This document shows, one piece after another, positions 41,347-50,277 of a stretch of DNA of 64,000 bases. Source of the stretch: Pedobacter sp. (GTDB lineage Bacteria; Desulfobacterota; Desulfuromonadia; Desulfuromonadales; Syntrophotaleaceae); assembly GCA_050253415.1 (NCBI GenBank), contig JBFWJC010000001.1, positions 1,096,679 to 1,160,678 of the forward strand, given 5' to 3'. Under the pieces are notes generated by a model that was given only the letters and a program-made list of their open reading frames with translations, was not told the DNA's origin and made no database searches. The position numbers and the translations under genes are program-made. The first letter of the stretch is position 1, and every line of letters begins with the position of its first letter.

Positions 41347-41652
41347 ATGAAAGCTCTGGTAAACTGGTTAGTGTTGGTGGTATGTTTGGTTGCCTTTGTT
41401 CCTGCTACAGGTTTTTCTGCTCAGGGAGTGACAGCGGAAAAGACTGTTGCATCGACTTCTGTCGTGGCAGTCAATAGCGCGACAGTGGAACAGCTGCAAA
41501 GCCTGCCCGGTATCGGGAAGGTAACTGCTCGCAGCATTGTAGAATATCGTAAGGTTCATGGTCCCTTTGCCAAGGCTGAAGATCTCCTGCAGGTTAAAGG
41601 GATAGGTAGTCAGACCTTGGAGAAAATCAGGGGACAGATTTCAGTAAACTGA
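41347..41652 (+). CDS. ComEA-like helix-hairpin-helix DNA-binding protein
   Basis: Signal peptide; VNSATVEQLQSLPGIG...VKGIG double HhH. Confidence 0.88.
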   Translation: MKALVNWLVLVVCLVAFVPATGFSAQGVTAEKTVASTSVVAVNSATVEQLQSLPGIGKVTARSIVEYRKVHGPFAKAEDLLQVKGIGSQTLEKIRGQISVN

Positions 41653-41739
41653 TCCGGGCTTGTCGCGCCGGCTGTGTGCGCGCAAACAGTGCGTCGTTGT
41701 TTTGAAAGCTTAGGAGCAGGTCGTTGAAGGAGTGCAGGT

Positions 41740-42096
41740 ATGGCAGGCCCTAAAGCCACATCCAGCGTGCGTAGCGGCGGCCGTCGGATTCCGCTGATAC
41801 CAGTGGTTATCATCTTGTTAATCCTTGGCGCGGGGCTTTTCGGTGAAAAAGGAGCTCTGCGCATGTTGCAAGCGCGGCATCAAAAATCTGCTTTGGAGCG
41901 CCAGGTTGCCGAAAAACAGGATGTAATCCGCGACCTGAAACATGAAATCAATCTACTCAAGACAGACCGCAATTATATTGAAGCACTTGCTCGACAAGAG
42001 TTGGGTATGGTGGGTGACGGAGAGGTCGTTTATCAGTTTCCCTCCGAAAAGTCTGATTCCGACAAGCCGGAGGAAGTGCCCCTTTCCAAGCCCTGA
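41740..42096 (+). CDS. Septum formation initiator (FtsB/DivIC family)
   Basis: One TM helix, FGEKG, coiled coil, IEALARQELGMV..GEVVYQ. Confidence 0.85.
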   Translation: MAGPKATSSVRSGGRRIPLIPVVIILLILGAGLFGEKGALRMLQARHQKSALERQVAEKQDVIRDLKHEINLLKTDRNYIEALARQELGMVGDGEVVYQFPSEKSDSDKPEEVPLSKP

Positions 42097-42129
42097 GACG
42101 ACCGTTTGACATAGAACATACTCACTATT

Positions 42130-42154
42130 CCCGGCATTTGCCGGGTTATTTTTT
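42130..42154 (+). terminator. Rho-independent terminator
   Basis: CCCGGC-ATTT-GCCGGG followed by TTATTTTTT. Confidence 0.7.
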
Positions 42155-42440
42155 GCTCGCGGTCTCGCTTGACAGGGGGGCTAAAGCAGGGCTAACATAC
42201 GCGCTGGAAATTGCGTCCGGATTATCCATGAAAACGTCTGTCGCAACCTGATTCAACCATTTTAAGCTATGCTCCTTTTTTGCGCGGGTATGTACGAAAG
42301 ACAGTGTCAAAATCTGATATGCTTTTGGCGCGGTCTGCCCTCCCTTGTTGGTCTCGCGATGAAGCCTCACGTTAAAACGGGGTATCGAGGTCTTTGGCGT
42401 GAATGTGGACAGCTTTATTTCTACAAAGAAAGCATTTTTC

Positions 42441-44105
42441 ATGAAACAACGGTTGGTGCAACATATCGGTAAGGCCCTGCAGGCCTGTTTTGATCAACAA
42501 CAACTGCATTCCGGAGTTATGCCGGAGATAGGCTTGGAAGTGCCGGCGCACACCGAGCATGGCGATTTTTCCACCAATGTGGCCATGGCTATGGCTCGCG
42601 CGGAGAAAAAAGCGCCTCGCAAAATAGCGGAGACGATTGTTGCAGCTTTAGGCGATGGCGATGGCATGTGGGATCGCATCGAAATTGCCGGGCCGGGCTT
42701 TATAAATTTTTATCTTACACCACGCTGTTGGTTCGGTATGCTTGACGAAGTCTATCGCCAAGGCGAACTTTACGGCCGTACCCATACCGGGGCTGGCCGT
42801 AAAGTCCAGGTAGAGTTCGTAAGTGCCAATCCGACAGGGCCTTTGCACATAGGTCATGGCAGAGGGGCTGCTACAGGCGATGCGGTTGCGGCTGTAATGA
42901 CGGCTGCCGGTTATGAGGTACAGCGAGAATATTATATTAATGACGCAGGTAACCAGATGTTGACCTTGGGTCGATCTTTGTTGCTGCGTTATAGGGAACT
43001 TCTCGGGGAGGCAGTCGATTTCCCCACCGATTGTTATCAGGGCGTTTACATTGTCGATCTTGCCCGCGAAGTCCTTGAACAAGAAGGAGAGCGTCTGCGC
43101 GACCTTCCCGAGGAGGAAGCTTTGCGTTTCTTCTCTGAATACGGTGGCGGTAAGATTCGTGACGGTATTGAGGATGACCTTGCGGCCTTCGGGGTGCATT
43201 TTGATAATTGGTACAGCGAACAGAGTCTGTATGATCGCCATGAGGTAGAGCGTGGCATCGCCCTGTTGCAAGAGCGGGGGCTGACTTATGAAAAAGAGGG
43301 GGCCATCTGGTTCCGCACCACGGACTATGGGGACGATAAGGACCGGGTTCTGGTACGCTCCAATGGAGCCACCACCTACTTTGCCTCGGATGTAGCCTAT
43401 CACAAGGAAAAGTTCGATCGCGGATTTGATACTGTTATCGATGTCTGGGGTGCAGATCACCACGGGTATGTGCCACGCATGAAAGCAGTGCTGGCGGGTC
43501 TGGAACGTAACCCTGAAGATTTGCAGATTATTCTTGTGCAATTGGTGAATCTGCTGCGTGATGGACAACAAGTGGCCATGAGTACCCGCTCAGGAGAATT
43601 CGTGACCTTGCGTGAGGTTATTGACGAAGTCGGCCGCGACGCCTGTCGGTTCTTCTTCCTTATGCGTCGCTCGGACAGCCAGTTGGATTTTGACCTTGAA
43701 CTGGCCAAAAAACAAAGTAACGAAAATCCGGTGTTTTATGTCCAGTATGCCCATGCCAGGGTCTGCAGTATCAACCGCAATGCCGAAGAACAGGGGATGG
43801 TCATACCGGGGCAGGGCCAAGTCGATTTCGATTGTCTTACGCTTGAAGACGAGCTGATGCTGACCAAGCTGTTGTCGCGTTATCCCGAGGTCGTCGATGG
43901 GGCGGCCGCAAATTTTGAACCGCACCGAATTGTCTTTTATCTGCAAGAGTTGGCTGCGCGTTTTCATAGTTATTACAACAAAGGGCGTGTAATTATCGAT
44001 GATCCTGAAGTTAGCCAGGCTCGGCTTTATCTGATTAATTGCGTCCGTACCGTTTTGCACAACGCTCTGGTGTTGCTGGGAGTTTCGGCGCCGGATCGAA
44101 TGTAA
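42441..44105 (+). CDS. argS: Arginine--tRNA ligase
   Basis: VEFVSANPTGPLHIGH; WGADHHGY; MSTRSG; YVQYAHAR. Confidence 0.97.
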   Translation: MKQRLVQHIGKALQACFDQQQLHSGVMPEIGLEVPAHTEHGDFSTNVAMAMARAEKKAPRKIAETIVAALGDGDGMWDRIEIAGPGFINFYLTPRCWFGMLDEVYRQGELYGRTHTGAGRKVQVEFVSANPTGPLHIGHGRGAATGDAVAAVMTAAGYEVQREYYINDAGNQMLTLGRSLLLRYRELLGEAVDFPTDCYQGVYIVDLAREVLEQEGERLRDLPEEEALRFFSEYGGGKIRDGIEDDLAAFGVHFDNWYSEQSLYDRHEVERGIALLQERGLTYEKEGAIWFRTTDYGDDKDRVLVRSNGATTYFASDVAYHKEKFDRGFDTVIDVWGADHHGYVPRMKAVLAGLERNPEDLQIILVQLVNLLRDGQQVAMSTRSGEFVTLREVIDEVGRDACRFFFLMRRSDSQLDFDLELAKKQSNENPVFYVQYAHARVCSINRNAEEQGMVIPGQGQVDFDCLTLEDELMLTKLLSRYPEVVDGAAANFEPHRIVFYLQELAARFHSYYNKGRVIIDDPEVSQARLYLINCVRTVLHNALVLLGVSAPDRM

Positions 44106-44120
44106 ACAGGAGGAAATACT

Positions 44121-44840
44121 ATGAGTCGTCAGGTTGCATCCCGATCTCAAAGACGCCTTGAAAAAAAACAGGCGCTGGTGTTAGTTGTTCTGGGGCTGGT
44201 CATTGCCTTGGTCAGCTATGGCCTCGGCGTTGTCGTTGGTCGAAGTGGTGGTGAGGCTATCGTTCATGAAGATCTCGCCGCTACCGAGCGGATTGCCATA
44301 CCGTCCACCGATGTCAATTCTGCAAACGAAGCGTTGCAACCTGCTGAAGAGGCGGCCGATCCTCAGTTGACTTTTTATGATACTCTGCCCGAAGGCAAAC
44401 AGCCCCCGATGGGGAGCGGCATAAATATGCCTGCTCAATCCGCGGAGCCGCCAGCGACTCCGGTGGATGTGCTGAGCGACAGCACGCCGGCAGTGGAAGT
44501 GGTCGCATCTAAGCCAGCGCCTGTTGTGGTCAAGCCTAAACCCCAGCCAACTGTCAGCGTGGCCCCTCAGCCCAAAGCTGTTCCATCAAGTGCGGTTGTC
44601 GATGGCAGCTATATTATTCAGGTTGCCTCCGTACAAAAGATAGACGGTGCTCAGGACCTGAGTGGTCGTTTGTCCAAAAGCGGTTATCCTGCCTTTGTTG
44701 AAAAAACTGATCTCGGTAGTAAAGGGGTTTGGTACCGGGTGTATGTTGGGCCCTTTGCCTCAAAGAACGCAGCCGATGGTGCGGCCTCTACCTTGAAAGC
44801 TTCGCGATTGGCATCTTCTCCCTTGGTTAGGAAACGTTAG
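44121..44840 (+). CDS. SPOR-domain membrane protein (cell division, FtsN/DedD-like)
   Basis: TM helix, LTFYDTL, Pro-rich linker, C-terminal YIIQVAS...WYRVYVGPF; downstream of argS. Confidence 0.85.
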   Translation: MSRQVASRSQRRLEKKQALVLVVLGLVIALVSYGLGVVVGRSGGEAIVHEDLAATERIAIPSTDVNSANEALQPAEEAADPQLTFYDTLPEGKQPPMGSGINMPAQSAEPPATPVDVLSDSTPAVEVVASKPAPVVVKPKPQPTVSVAPQPKAVPSSAVVDGSYIIQVASVQKIDGAQDLSGRLSKSGYPAFVEKTDLGSKGVWYRVYVGPFASKNAADGAASTLKASRLASSPLVRKR

Positions 44841-44851
44841 TAAAACAAACG

Positions 44852-44880
44852 TTGACATTCCGATTGCAAGAGCGTATATT
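44852..44880 (+). promoter_or_regulatory. Sigma70 promoter of the tRNA gene
   Basis: TTGACA, 17 bp, TATATT; ends 11 nt before the tRNA. Confidence 0.8.
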
Positions 44881-44891
44881 TCACTTCTTGA

Positions 44892-44968
<77 letters not shown>

Positions 44969-44976
44969 TAAAAAAT

Positions 44977-45013
44977 AAAGGGACTTGCAGAAATGCAGGT
45001 CCCTTTTTCTTTT
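44977..45013 (+). terminator. Rho-independent terminator after the tRNA
   Basis: AAAGGGACTTGCA-GAAA-TGCAGGTCCCTTT plus T tail. Confidence 0.9.
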
Positions 45014-45109
45014 ATGCATCCTGGATGCTCCTCTGCGCCTACGGTTCTCGTATAGGCCTTTTTCCTAATCTTTCACGGTCGGTCTGACGTTGCCGGTTTT
45101 CTTTCGGAA

Positions 45110-46134
45110 CATCCCCACCCTGCCGGCCAGCAAACCATGAACGTTATACAGCTCGACCGTGTGAAGTTGCCCGGGCTTCAGCACAAGTACCGGGAAACGG
45201 TTCTGTTTTTCCCCGTATGGGGCAGACCTGCCATTCCTATTGCACCTTCTGTTTCCGCTGGCCGCAGTTCGTGTCCGAACGGGATTTGCGTATAGCGGCC
45301 CCCAGGGCTCCGGGGTTGTACGCCTATCTGCAAAGGCATACCGAGGTTACCGACCTTCTTGTGACCGGGGGCGATCCCCTGGTCATGAAGGCTCAAAATC
45401 TCGCAGAGATTCTTGAGCCGTTGCTCGGTTCCGAATTTAACCATCTCCAGACGATCCGTATCGGCAGCAAGGCTCTGGCTTTCTGGCCCTATCGGTTTTT
45501 GACGGACCGGGATGCCGATGATCTGTTGCGGTTATTTGAGCGGTTAGTGGCCAGGGGAAAACACCTGGCCCTGATGGCCCATTTCAACCACTGGCGCGAA
45601 ATGGAGACCGATGCGGCCCGCAGGGCCATCGAGCGGGTGCAGGCTACCGGTGCGATTATCCGTACGCAATCTCCTCTGGTAGCCCATGTCAATGACGATC
45701 CACAGGTCTGGGCGCGCATGTGGCAGATGCAGGTCAGGCTCAGTATGGTGCCATATTATCAGTTCGTGGCGCAAAATACCGGCGCGCGGTATTATTTTGC
45801 GCTGCCGCTGGAGCGGTGCTGGCATATTTATCGCGAGGCGCTTTCGGCCCTGTCCGGATTGGCGCGCACGGTAAGGGGGCCTTCTATGAGCGCCGGACCG
45901 GGCAAAGTCGAGATTCAGGGGGTTGCCGAAATCGGTGGAGAAAAGGTTTTTGTTTTGCGTTTTATTCAGGGGCGCAACCCCGATTGGGTGCAGAGGCCGT
46001 TTTTTGCGCGGTACGATCCCAAAGCTATCTGGTTGGACGGGCTGCGTCCGGCCTTTGGAGCGGAAAAGTTTTTCTTCAGCGAAGAATATGAAGCCATGCA
46101 GCGCAAGGCGGGAATAACCGTTGATCAAACCTGA
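45110..46134 (+). pseudogene. KamA/lysine 2,3-aminomutase-like radical SAM gene, 5'-truncated and frameshifted
   Basis: HPHPAGQ...GLQHKYRETVLFFP (45110-45214) is one base out of frame with GQTCHSYCTFCFRW (CxxxCxxC) ...TGGDP; no N-terminus upstream. Confidence 0.75.
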
Positions 46135-46174
46135 TAGCCCCCCGGGCGCATGGCCCGGGGAGGAGAGGGGGAAA

Positions 46175-47032
46175 TTATTTGGTAGCAGGATTCATGAGAG
46201 CCGCGACGATCCGGCGGTAGGTTTCGCCGGTTTCAGTTTCGGCTCGTGTGGCCATGTACGGTTTGCCACTGTCGCCGGCCAATACCATGGCTGTGTCCAT
46301 GGGAATTTTGCCTAAAAAGGGTGCCTTCATCCGTTGTGCGATCTGTTCGCCACCCCCCGATTTGAAAATATCGATGACTTCGCCACATTTGGGGCATGCA
46401 AAGCCGCTCATATTTTCGATGATTCCCAGTACGGGCATTTCCAGGCGTCGACAGAAGGTTACCGATTTCTGCACATCCAGCAGCGCGACTTCCTGCGGAG
46501 TTGTAACGATGACGGCTCCGCTGTTTTGGTCGTCCCCCAGCAGGGTTTGAACAGCGGTCATCGGTTCATCTCCGGTTCCCGGAGGACAGTCGACGATAAG
46601 AAAATCGAGCTCGTCCCACTGCACATCCCGTAAGAATTGTTGGATGAGGGCTGTTTTGGCCGGGCCCCGCCAGATAAGAGCTTCATCCTCGTCACCCAGG
46701 AGAAACCCAACCGAAATAACCTTCAGATTGCTCAGATATTCAACCGGCAGCAGACCATCGGCACCGTTTTGTAGCTGTTGGTTGCCGAGTCCCAGCATTT
46801 TGGGGACGCTGGGGCCATGCAGATCGATATCGAGCAGACCTACGGCATAGCCATCCTGTGCCAATGTCAGCGCGAGGTTTACGGCGGTGGAGCTTTTACC
46901 GACGCCGCCCTTGCCGGACATGACCAGGATTTTGCGTTTGATGCGCCCGAGGCGTCGCTTCATTCTTGCCTGTAGCTCGCATGGTGACGGTTGACCGGAT
47001 GAACATTGGCCGGTCGGGGCAGGTGTATCCAT
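46175..47032 (-). CDS. Mrp/NBP35 (ApbC) Fe-S cluster carrier ATPase
   Basis: SGKGGVGKSS; DxDLHGPS; WRGP; DCPPGTGD; ENMSGFACPKC. Confidence 0.93.
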   Translation of the reverse strand: MDTPAPTGQCSSGQPSPCELQARMKRRLGRIKRKILVMSGKGGVGKSSTAVNLALTLAQDGYAVGLLDIDLHGPSVPKMLGLGNQQLQNGADGLLPVEYLSNLKVISVGFLLGDEDEALIWRGPAKTALIQQFLRDVQWDELDFLIVDCPPGTGDEPMTAVQTLLGDDQNSGAVIVTTPQEVALLDVQKSVTFCRRLEMPVLGIIENMSGFACPKCGEVIDIFKSGGGEQIAQRMKAPFLGKIPMDTAMVLAGDSGKPYMATRAETETGETYRRIVAALMNPATK

Positions 47033-47121
47033 GATGATGCGTCTCCTTTGTTACGAAATCAATTTTGCTATTCCGAGGCAATGATCTGGTATGTCCGGGA
47101 CCTCGTGGCCCGGAGGAACGG

Positions 47122-47460
47122 TTAATGGTCGCAGCAGTTTTCGCCGACGACGAGAGCGTTTTGCAGATAGTCCGAAGCAAGCTTGTCAGGTGTTTCGGAT
47201 ACCGCGCCCACCACCACCTTGATGCCATTTTCCGTAAAAAGCTCCTGAGCGCGACGACCCATGCCTCCAGCGATAATGATATTTGCGCCGAGTTCGCTCA
47301 GCCAGCGAGGAAGTACCCCAGGTTCATGGGGGGGAGGCTGATGCATGGTTTTGGCGATGATGTTTTTCGAGTCACTGGCAATTTCCAGAAGAGCAAACTC
47401 TTCACAATGTCCAAAATGCTGACTGAGTTGTCCTTGTACCAATGGAATGGCGATTTTCAT
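47122..47460 (-). CDS. NifB/NifX (Di-Nase FeMo-co-binding) family protein
   Basis: MKIAIP, HFGHC, GGMGRRA; C-terminal GENCCDH. Confidence 0.88.
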   Translation of the reverse strand: MKIAIPLVQGQLSQHFGHCEEFALLEIASDSKNIIAKTMHQPPPHEPGVLPRWLSELGANIIIAGGMGRRAQELFTENGIKVVVGAVSETPDKLASDYLQNALVVGENCCDH

Positions 47461-47554
47461 GGATAGATCTCCTTTTTGAGCACCGGCACTTATAGCCGCG
47501 TGCCCTATTGATTATGGAACGGTTCCGTGGGCTGGAGGCCCTTGGCGGTCGGTC

Positions 47555-47858
47555 TAGCTCGACTAGCGTTTTTCGACGAACTTCCGTTTCGCTAAAATCT
47601 CGGTCGTAACGGATGCTGGCAAAGACCGGTAATTGCAGTTTTGTTGCAAATTTATTTATGGCCTCTTACATGTCGGGATTGCTCTTAGTTTTATTGAATG
47701 CGATGACTGTGGAAATATTGAAGTGTCGGGTCGGCCACGCGTTTTAAATCGTGGTATCCACTCATGGTTGGTTCTGTCACCAGTATTGTCAGGGTCGTTC
47801 CAGTGATGGACGCGATGACGGGGCAGTCTCTGTCGGTCGATTCGTCTATGATGATCGT
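47555..47858 (-). pseudogene. Relic C-terminal part of a MinD-superfamily P-loop ATPase with ferredoxin insert (Orp3/Orp4-like)
   Basis: Manual translation TIIIDESTDRDCPVIASITG...VTEPTMSGYHDLKRV, frameshift, FNISTVIAFNKTKSNPDM*EAINKF...PVFASIRYD...KTLVEL; matches the family pattern IIDGPPGIGCPVIAS...VTEPT.SG.HDL.R. Confidence 0.78.
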
Positions 47859-47885
47859 GACAAGTCGCTCTTTAGTAGAAAGCGA

Positions 47886-48245
47886 TTAGACGCCACCGGT
47901 GGCATCCGTTGAACATGCTTCTTTTAGGCGGCCTGCCTTGAAATCATGCAGTGCTTCGATGGCGGTTCCTTTGGCTCCGTGAAAAATGCGAATTTTAGCG
48001 GCTTGCAGCGAGGTAAATGCTTTAGGTCCGATGGAGCCCGTTACAACCGCTTCAACTTTGCCGTCTACGACCTTTTGCGCGGTTTGGATGCCGGCACCAT
48101 AGGATGCATCACGGCCGCTGATATTGTTGATGCATTCCCATGTGTTGGTGCAGTCGTTATGAATTAGCAGCCAGTCTGCTCGTCCGAAGCGTGGATCAAG
48201 GATGCTCTCAGGATTGTTATTTTGAGCTGTAAAGGCAATTTTCAT
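47886..48245 (-). CDS. Orange-protein (ORP)-like NifB/NifX family protein
   Basis: DPRFGRA, GAGIQTAQ, TGSIGPKAF; ATG 48245 after AAGGAGG, in ATGA overlap with the upstream gene. Confidence 0.85.
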   Translation of the reverse strand: MKIAFTAQNNNPESILDPRFGRADWLLIHNDCTNTWECINNISGRDASYGAGIQTAQKVVDGKVEAVVTGSIGPKAFTSLQAAKIRIFHGAKGTAIEALHDFKAGRLKEACSTDATGGV

Positions 48246-48691
48246 CGGGTTTTCCTCCTTGTGCATATTGCGTAAGGGGTTGAAATTTCGCCTAATGGTT
48301 GCTTTACTCGGCAACAGGTTAGTGAACTTGAGTTGTCGCCATGAACCTGATTAGCTGAGGTAGAGGATAGCCATTGATTCAAAACTGAAATGATTTCACC
48401 CCGGTATCCCCAGGTTACCCAGAGGCCCTGTGCTTCAAGCGCAATTTGAAACCGAGGATGGATGCCTCCACATAGCACTCCGTCTACATTTTTTAGGCGA
48501 AGCCAGGCAGGCAGGTCGGGATGTTTGTCCGGGGACCATGCATGATCGGTATATTCTGAAATTTGCTTTTCAGGGACCAGGATGTCAGCGAAGACAAAAT
48601 TTCGTGAACATCCGAAGCGTGGCATGACTCTGTTCTCATAACAGGGCAAGGCTAGGCGGATTATCGCTTCTTTTGGAGGATGACGGTCCAT
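48242..48691 (-). CDS. NifB/NifX family protein (start uncertain)
   Basis: LALPCYENRVMPRFG, VDGVLCGGI, WGYRGEI. Confidence 0.7.
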   Translation of the reverse strand: MDRHPPKEAIIRLALPCYENRVMPRFGCSRNFVFADILVPEKQISEYTDHAWSPDKHPDLPAWLRLKNVDGVLCGGIHPRFQIALEAQGLWVTWGYRGEIISVLNQWLSSTSANQVHGDNSSSLTCCRVKQPLGEISTPYAICTRRKTR

Positions 48692-48704
48692 GGCATGAGT
48701 TAAT

Positions 48705-48720
48705 TACACGGATCGTGCCA
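48705..48720 (-). promoter_or_regulatory. Sigma54-type promoter with a deviant -12 box
   Basis: Minus strand TGGCACG-ATCC-GTGTA versus consensus TGGCACG-N4-TTGCW; lies between the activator gene and the cluster. Confidence 0.55.
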
Positions 48721-48913
48721 CTTTTTGTTTAAGTTTTATGGATGTTGAAAAGTCAATGAAAACAATAGCCTATGAATGTAATCCGAAGATCTTGATGGTG
48801 GGAAAAGTTATGGCATGTTGCATGATGCAACGCTATATGATTGAAGAGATTGAAAAAACAATAGGTTGGGAGTGTTGCAGTGTTGTTGCAGGCGTTGCGG
48901 GGAGATGCAACAT

Positions 48914-50242
48914 TCAATGTTTGGCCATGGATCGATTGAGCCAGCGCCAGAGAGTGGTGCGGTTGATCCCGAGCTGTTGAGCAGCTGCGGTGTGATTGCC
49001 GTTGCAGCGTGCCAGGATTTCGCGTAGTTGTTGCTCGGATGGCACCTGATGGCGTTTTTGCTCATGCCTCGGCGTTGTGACCGGGCGCAAGTTGCCGGGC
49101 AGGTGGGCTGGGTCAATCGTGTCGGTACGGCAGAGGATGACGGCGCGCTCAACCAGATTGAGTAATTCGCGCACATTGCCGGGATAAGTGTGGTCAAGTA
49201 ACAAGACCATAGCTTCTGGCGTGAATCCTCGGAGGTTTTTTCCGTAGATTGCGTTGAAGCGGTCCAGCGCCAGGTCGAGCAGCAGTGGAATGTCCTCGGG
49301 GCGTTCCCGCAGGGATGGGATGCGCAGCGGAACTACATTGAGACGAAAATACAGGTCCTGGCGAAAAAGTTTCTGCTCTACCATTAATTCAAGGTTTTGA
49401 TGGGTAGCGGCCACAAAGCGCACATTGGCTTTACGTGGTTTGCTGGCCCCCAAGGGTTGGTATTCGCGGTTTTCCAGTACGCGCAAGAGCTTAACCTGTA
49501 AGGGGAGCGGTAAATCGCCAATTTCATCGAGAAAAAGGGTGCCTCCTTCAGCCTGTTGCAGGCGCCCGGGACGATCCTCTGTCGCCCCGGTATAAGCACC
49601 TTTACGGGCTCCGAAAATCTCCGCTTCCAACAACTGCTCCGGCAGCGCGCCACAGTTGAGTATCACAAGCGGGTTTTGGCTGCGGGGGCTGAGGTTGTGC
49701 AGGGCCAAGGCAAAGAGTTCCTTGCCCGTGCCACTGTCGCCATGCAAGAGGACAGTGGCCTGGCTTGCCGCAATATCCGGCAACACGTCAAATAATTTGC
49801 GCATGGCAGGGTTGCGGCTGACCATGTCCTGAAAGCGGTGCTTCTCCGTTACTTCCCGTTGCAGGGCATGAATGCGACTCAGGTCGCGGAATGTTTCCAC
49901 GCCACCCACCGGTTCACCTTTGTTGTTTCGCAGTACGGAGGCGGAAACAGAAATGGGGATTTCCCGGTTATGCCGATCGAGAATGTCAATCTCACGGTTT
50001 TCGACATTGTTACCGCTGTCCATCGCTTTTTGCACCGGGCATTCGGTAAAGCAGATGGAGCTGCGAAAAATCTCGCAACAGCGCTGGCCGAGTGCCTCTT
50101 CACGAGAGAAGCCGGTGATGCGCTCGGCCGACTGGTTGAACCAGGTAATGCGCATGTCGCCATCTACGGTGAATACTCCGTCAGCTACGCTATCAAGAAT
50201 GGTGGATAGGTGTTCTTGTAGATCGCAAGGATGTGTTTTCAT
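48914..50242 (-). CDS. PAS-domain sigma54-dependent activator (OrpR-like)
   Basis: PAS with CCEIFRSSICFTEC; GDSGTGKE; GAYTGA; LFLDEIG; YPGNVREL; Fis-type HTH. Confidence 0.92.
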   Translation of the reverse strand: MKTHPCDLQEHLSTILDSVADGVFTVDGDMRITWFNQSAERITGFSREEALGQRCCEIFRSSICFTECPVQKAMDSGNNVENREIDILDRHNREIPISVSASVLRNNKGEPVGGVETFRDLSRIHALQREVTEKHRFQDMVSRNPAMRKLFDVLPDIAASQATVLLHGDSGTGKELFALALHNLSPRSQNPLVILNCGALPEQLLEAEIFGARKGAYTGATEDRPGRLQQAEGGTLFLDEIGDLPLPLQVKLLRVLENREYQPLGASKPRKANVRFVAATHQNLELMVEQKLFRQDLYFRLNVVPLRIPSLRERPEDIPLLLDLALDRFNAIYGKNLRGFTPEAMVLLLDHTYPGNVRELLNLVERAVILCRTDTIDPAHLPGNLRPVTTPRHEQKRHQVPSEQQLREILARCNGNHTAAAQQLGINRTTLWRWLNRSMAKH

Positions 50243-50277
50243 ATCCGCCTAGCTTAGCGGGTTTTTGACCATGAGTC

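Noticed and set aside
42155..42440. Long argS leader as a possible T-box or riboswitch
   Set aside because: No T-box GGTGGNACC motif or other recognisable riboswitch core; the small ORFs there lack homology signals
47461..47885. Possible GEMM (c-di-GMP/cGAMP) riboswitch in the orp gap
   Set aside because: No GEMM consensus; the region is better explained as an ATPase pseudogene
48811..48829. TGGCATG on the + strand as a second sigma54 promoter
   Set aside because: No GC at the -12 spacing, and no gene to drive on that strand
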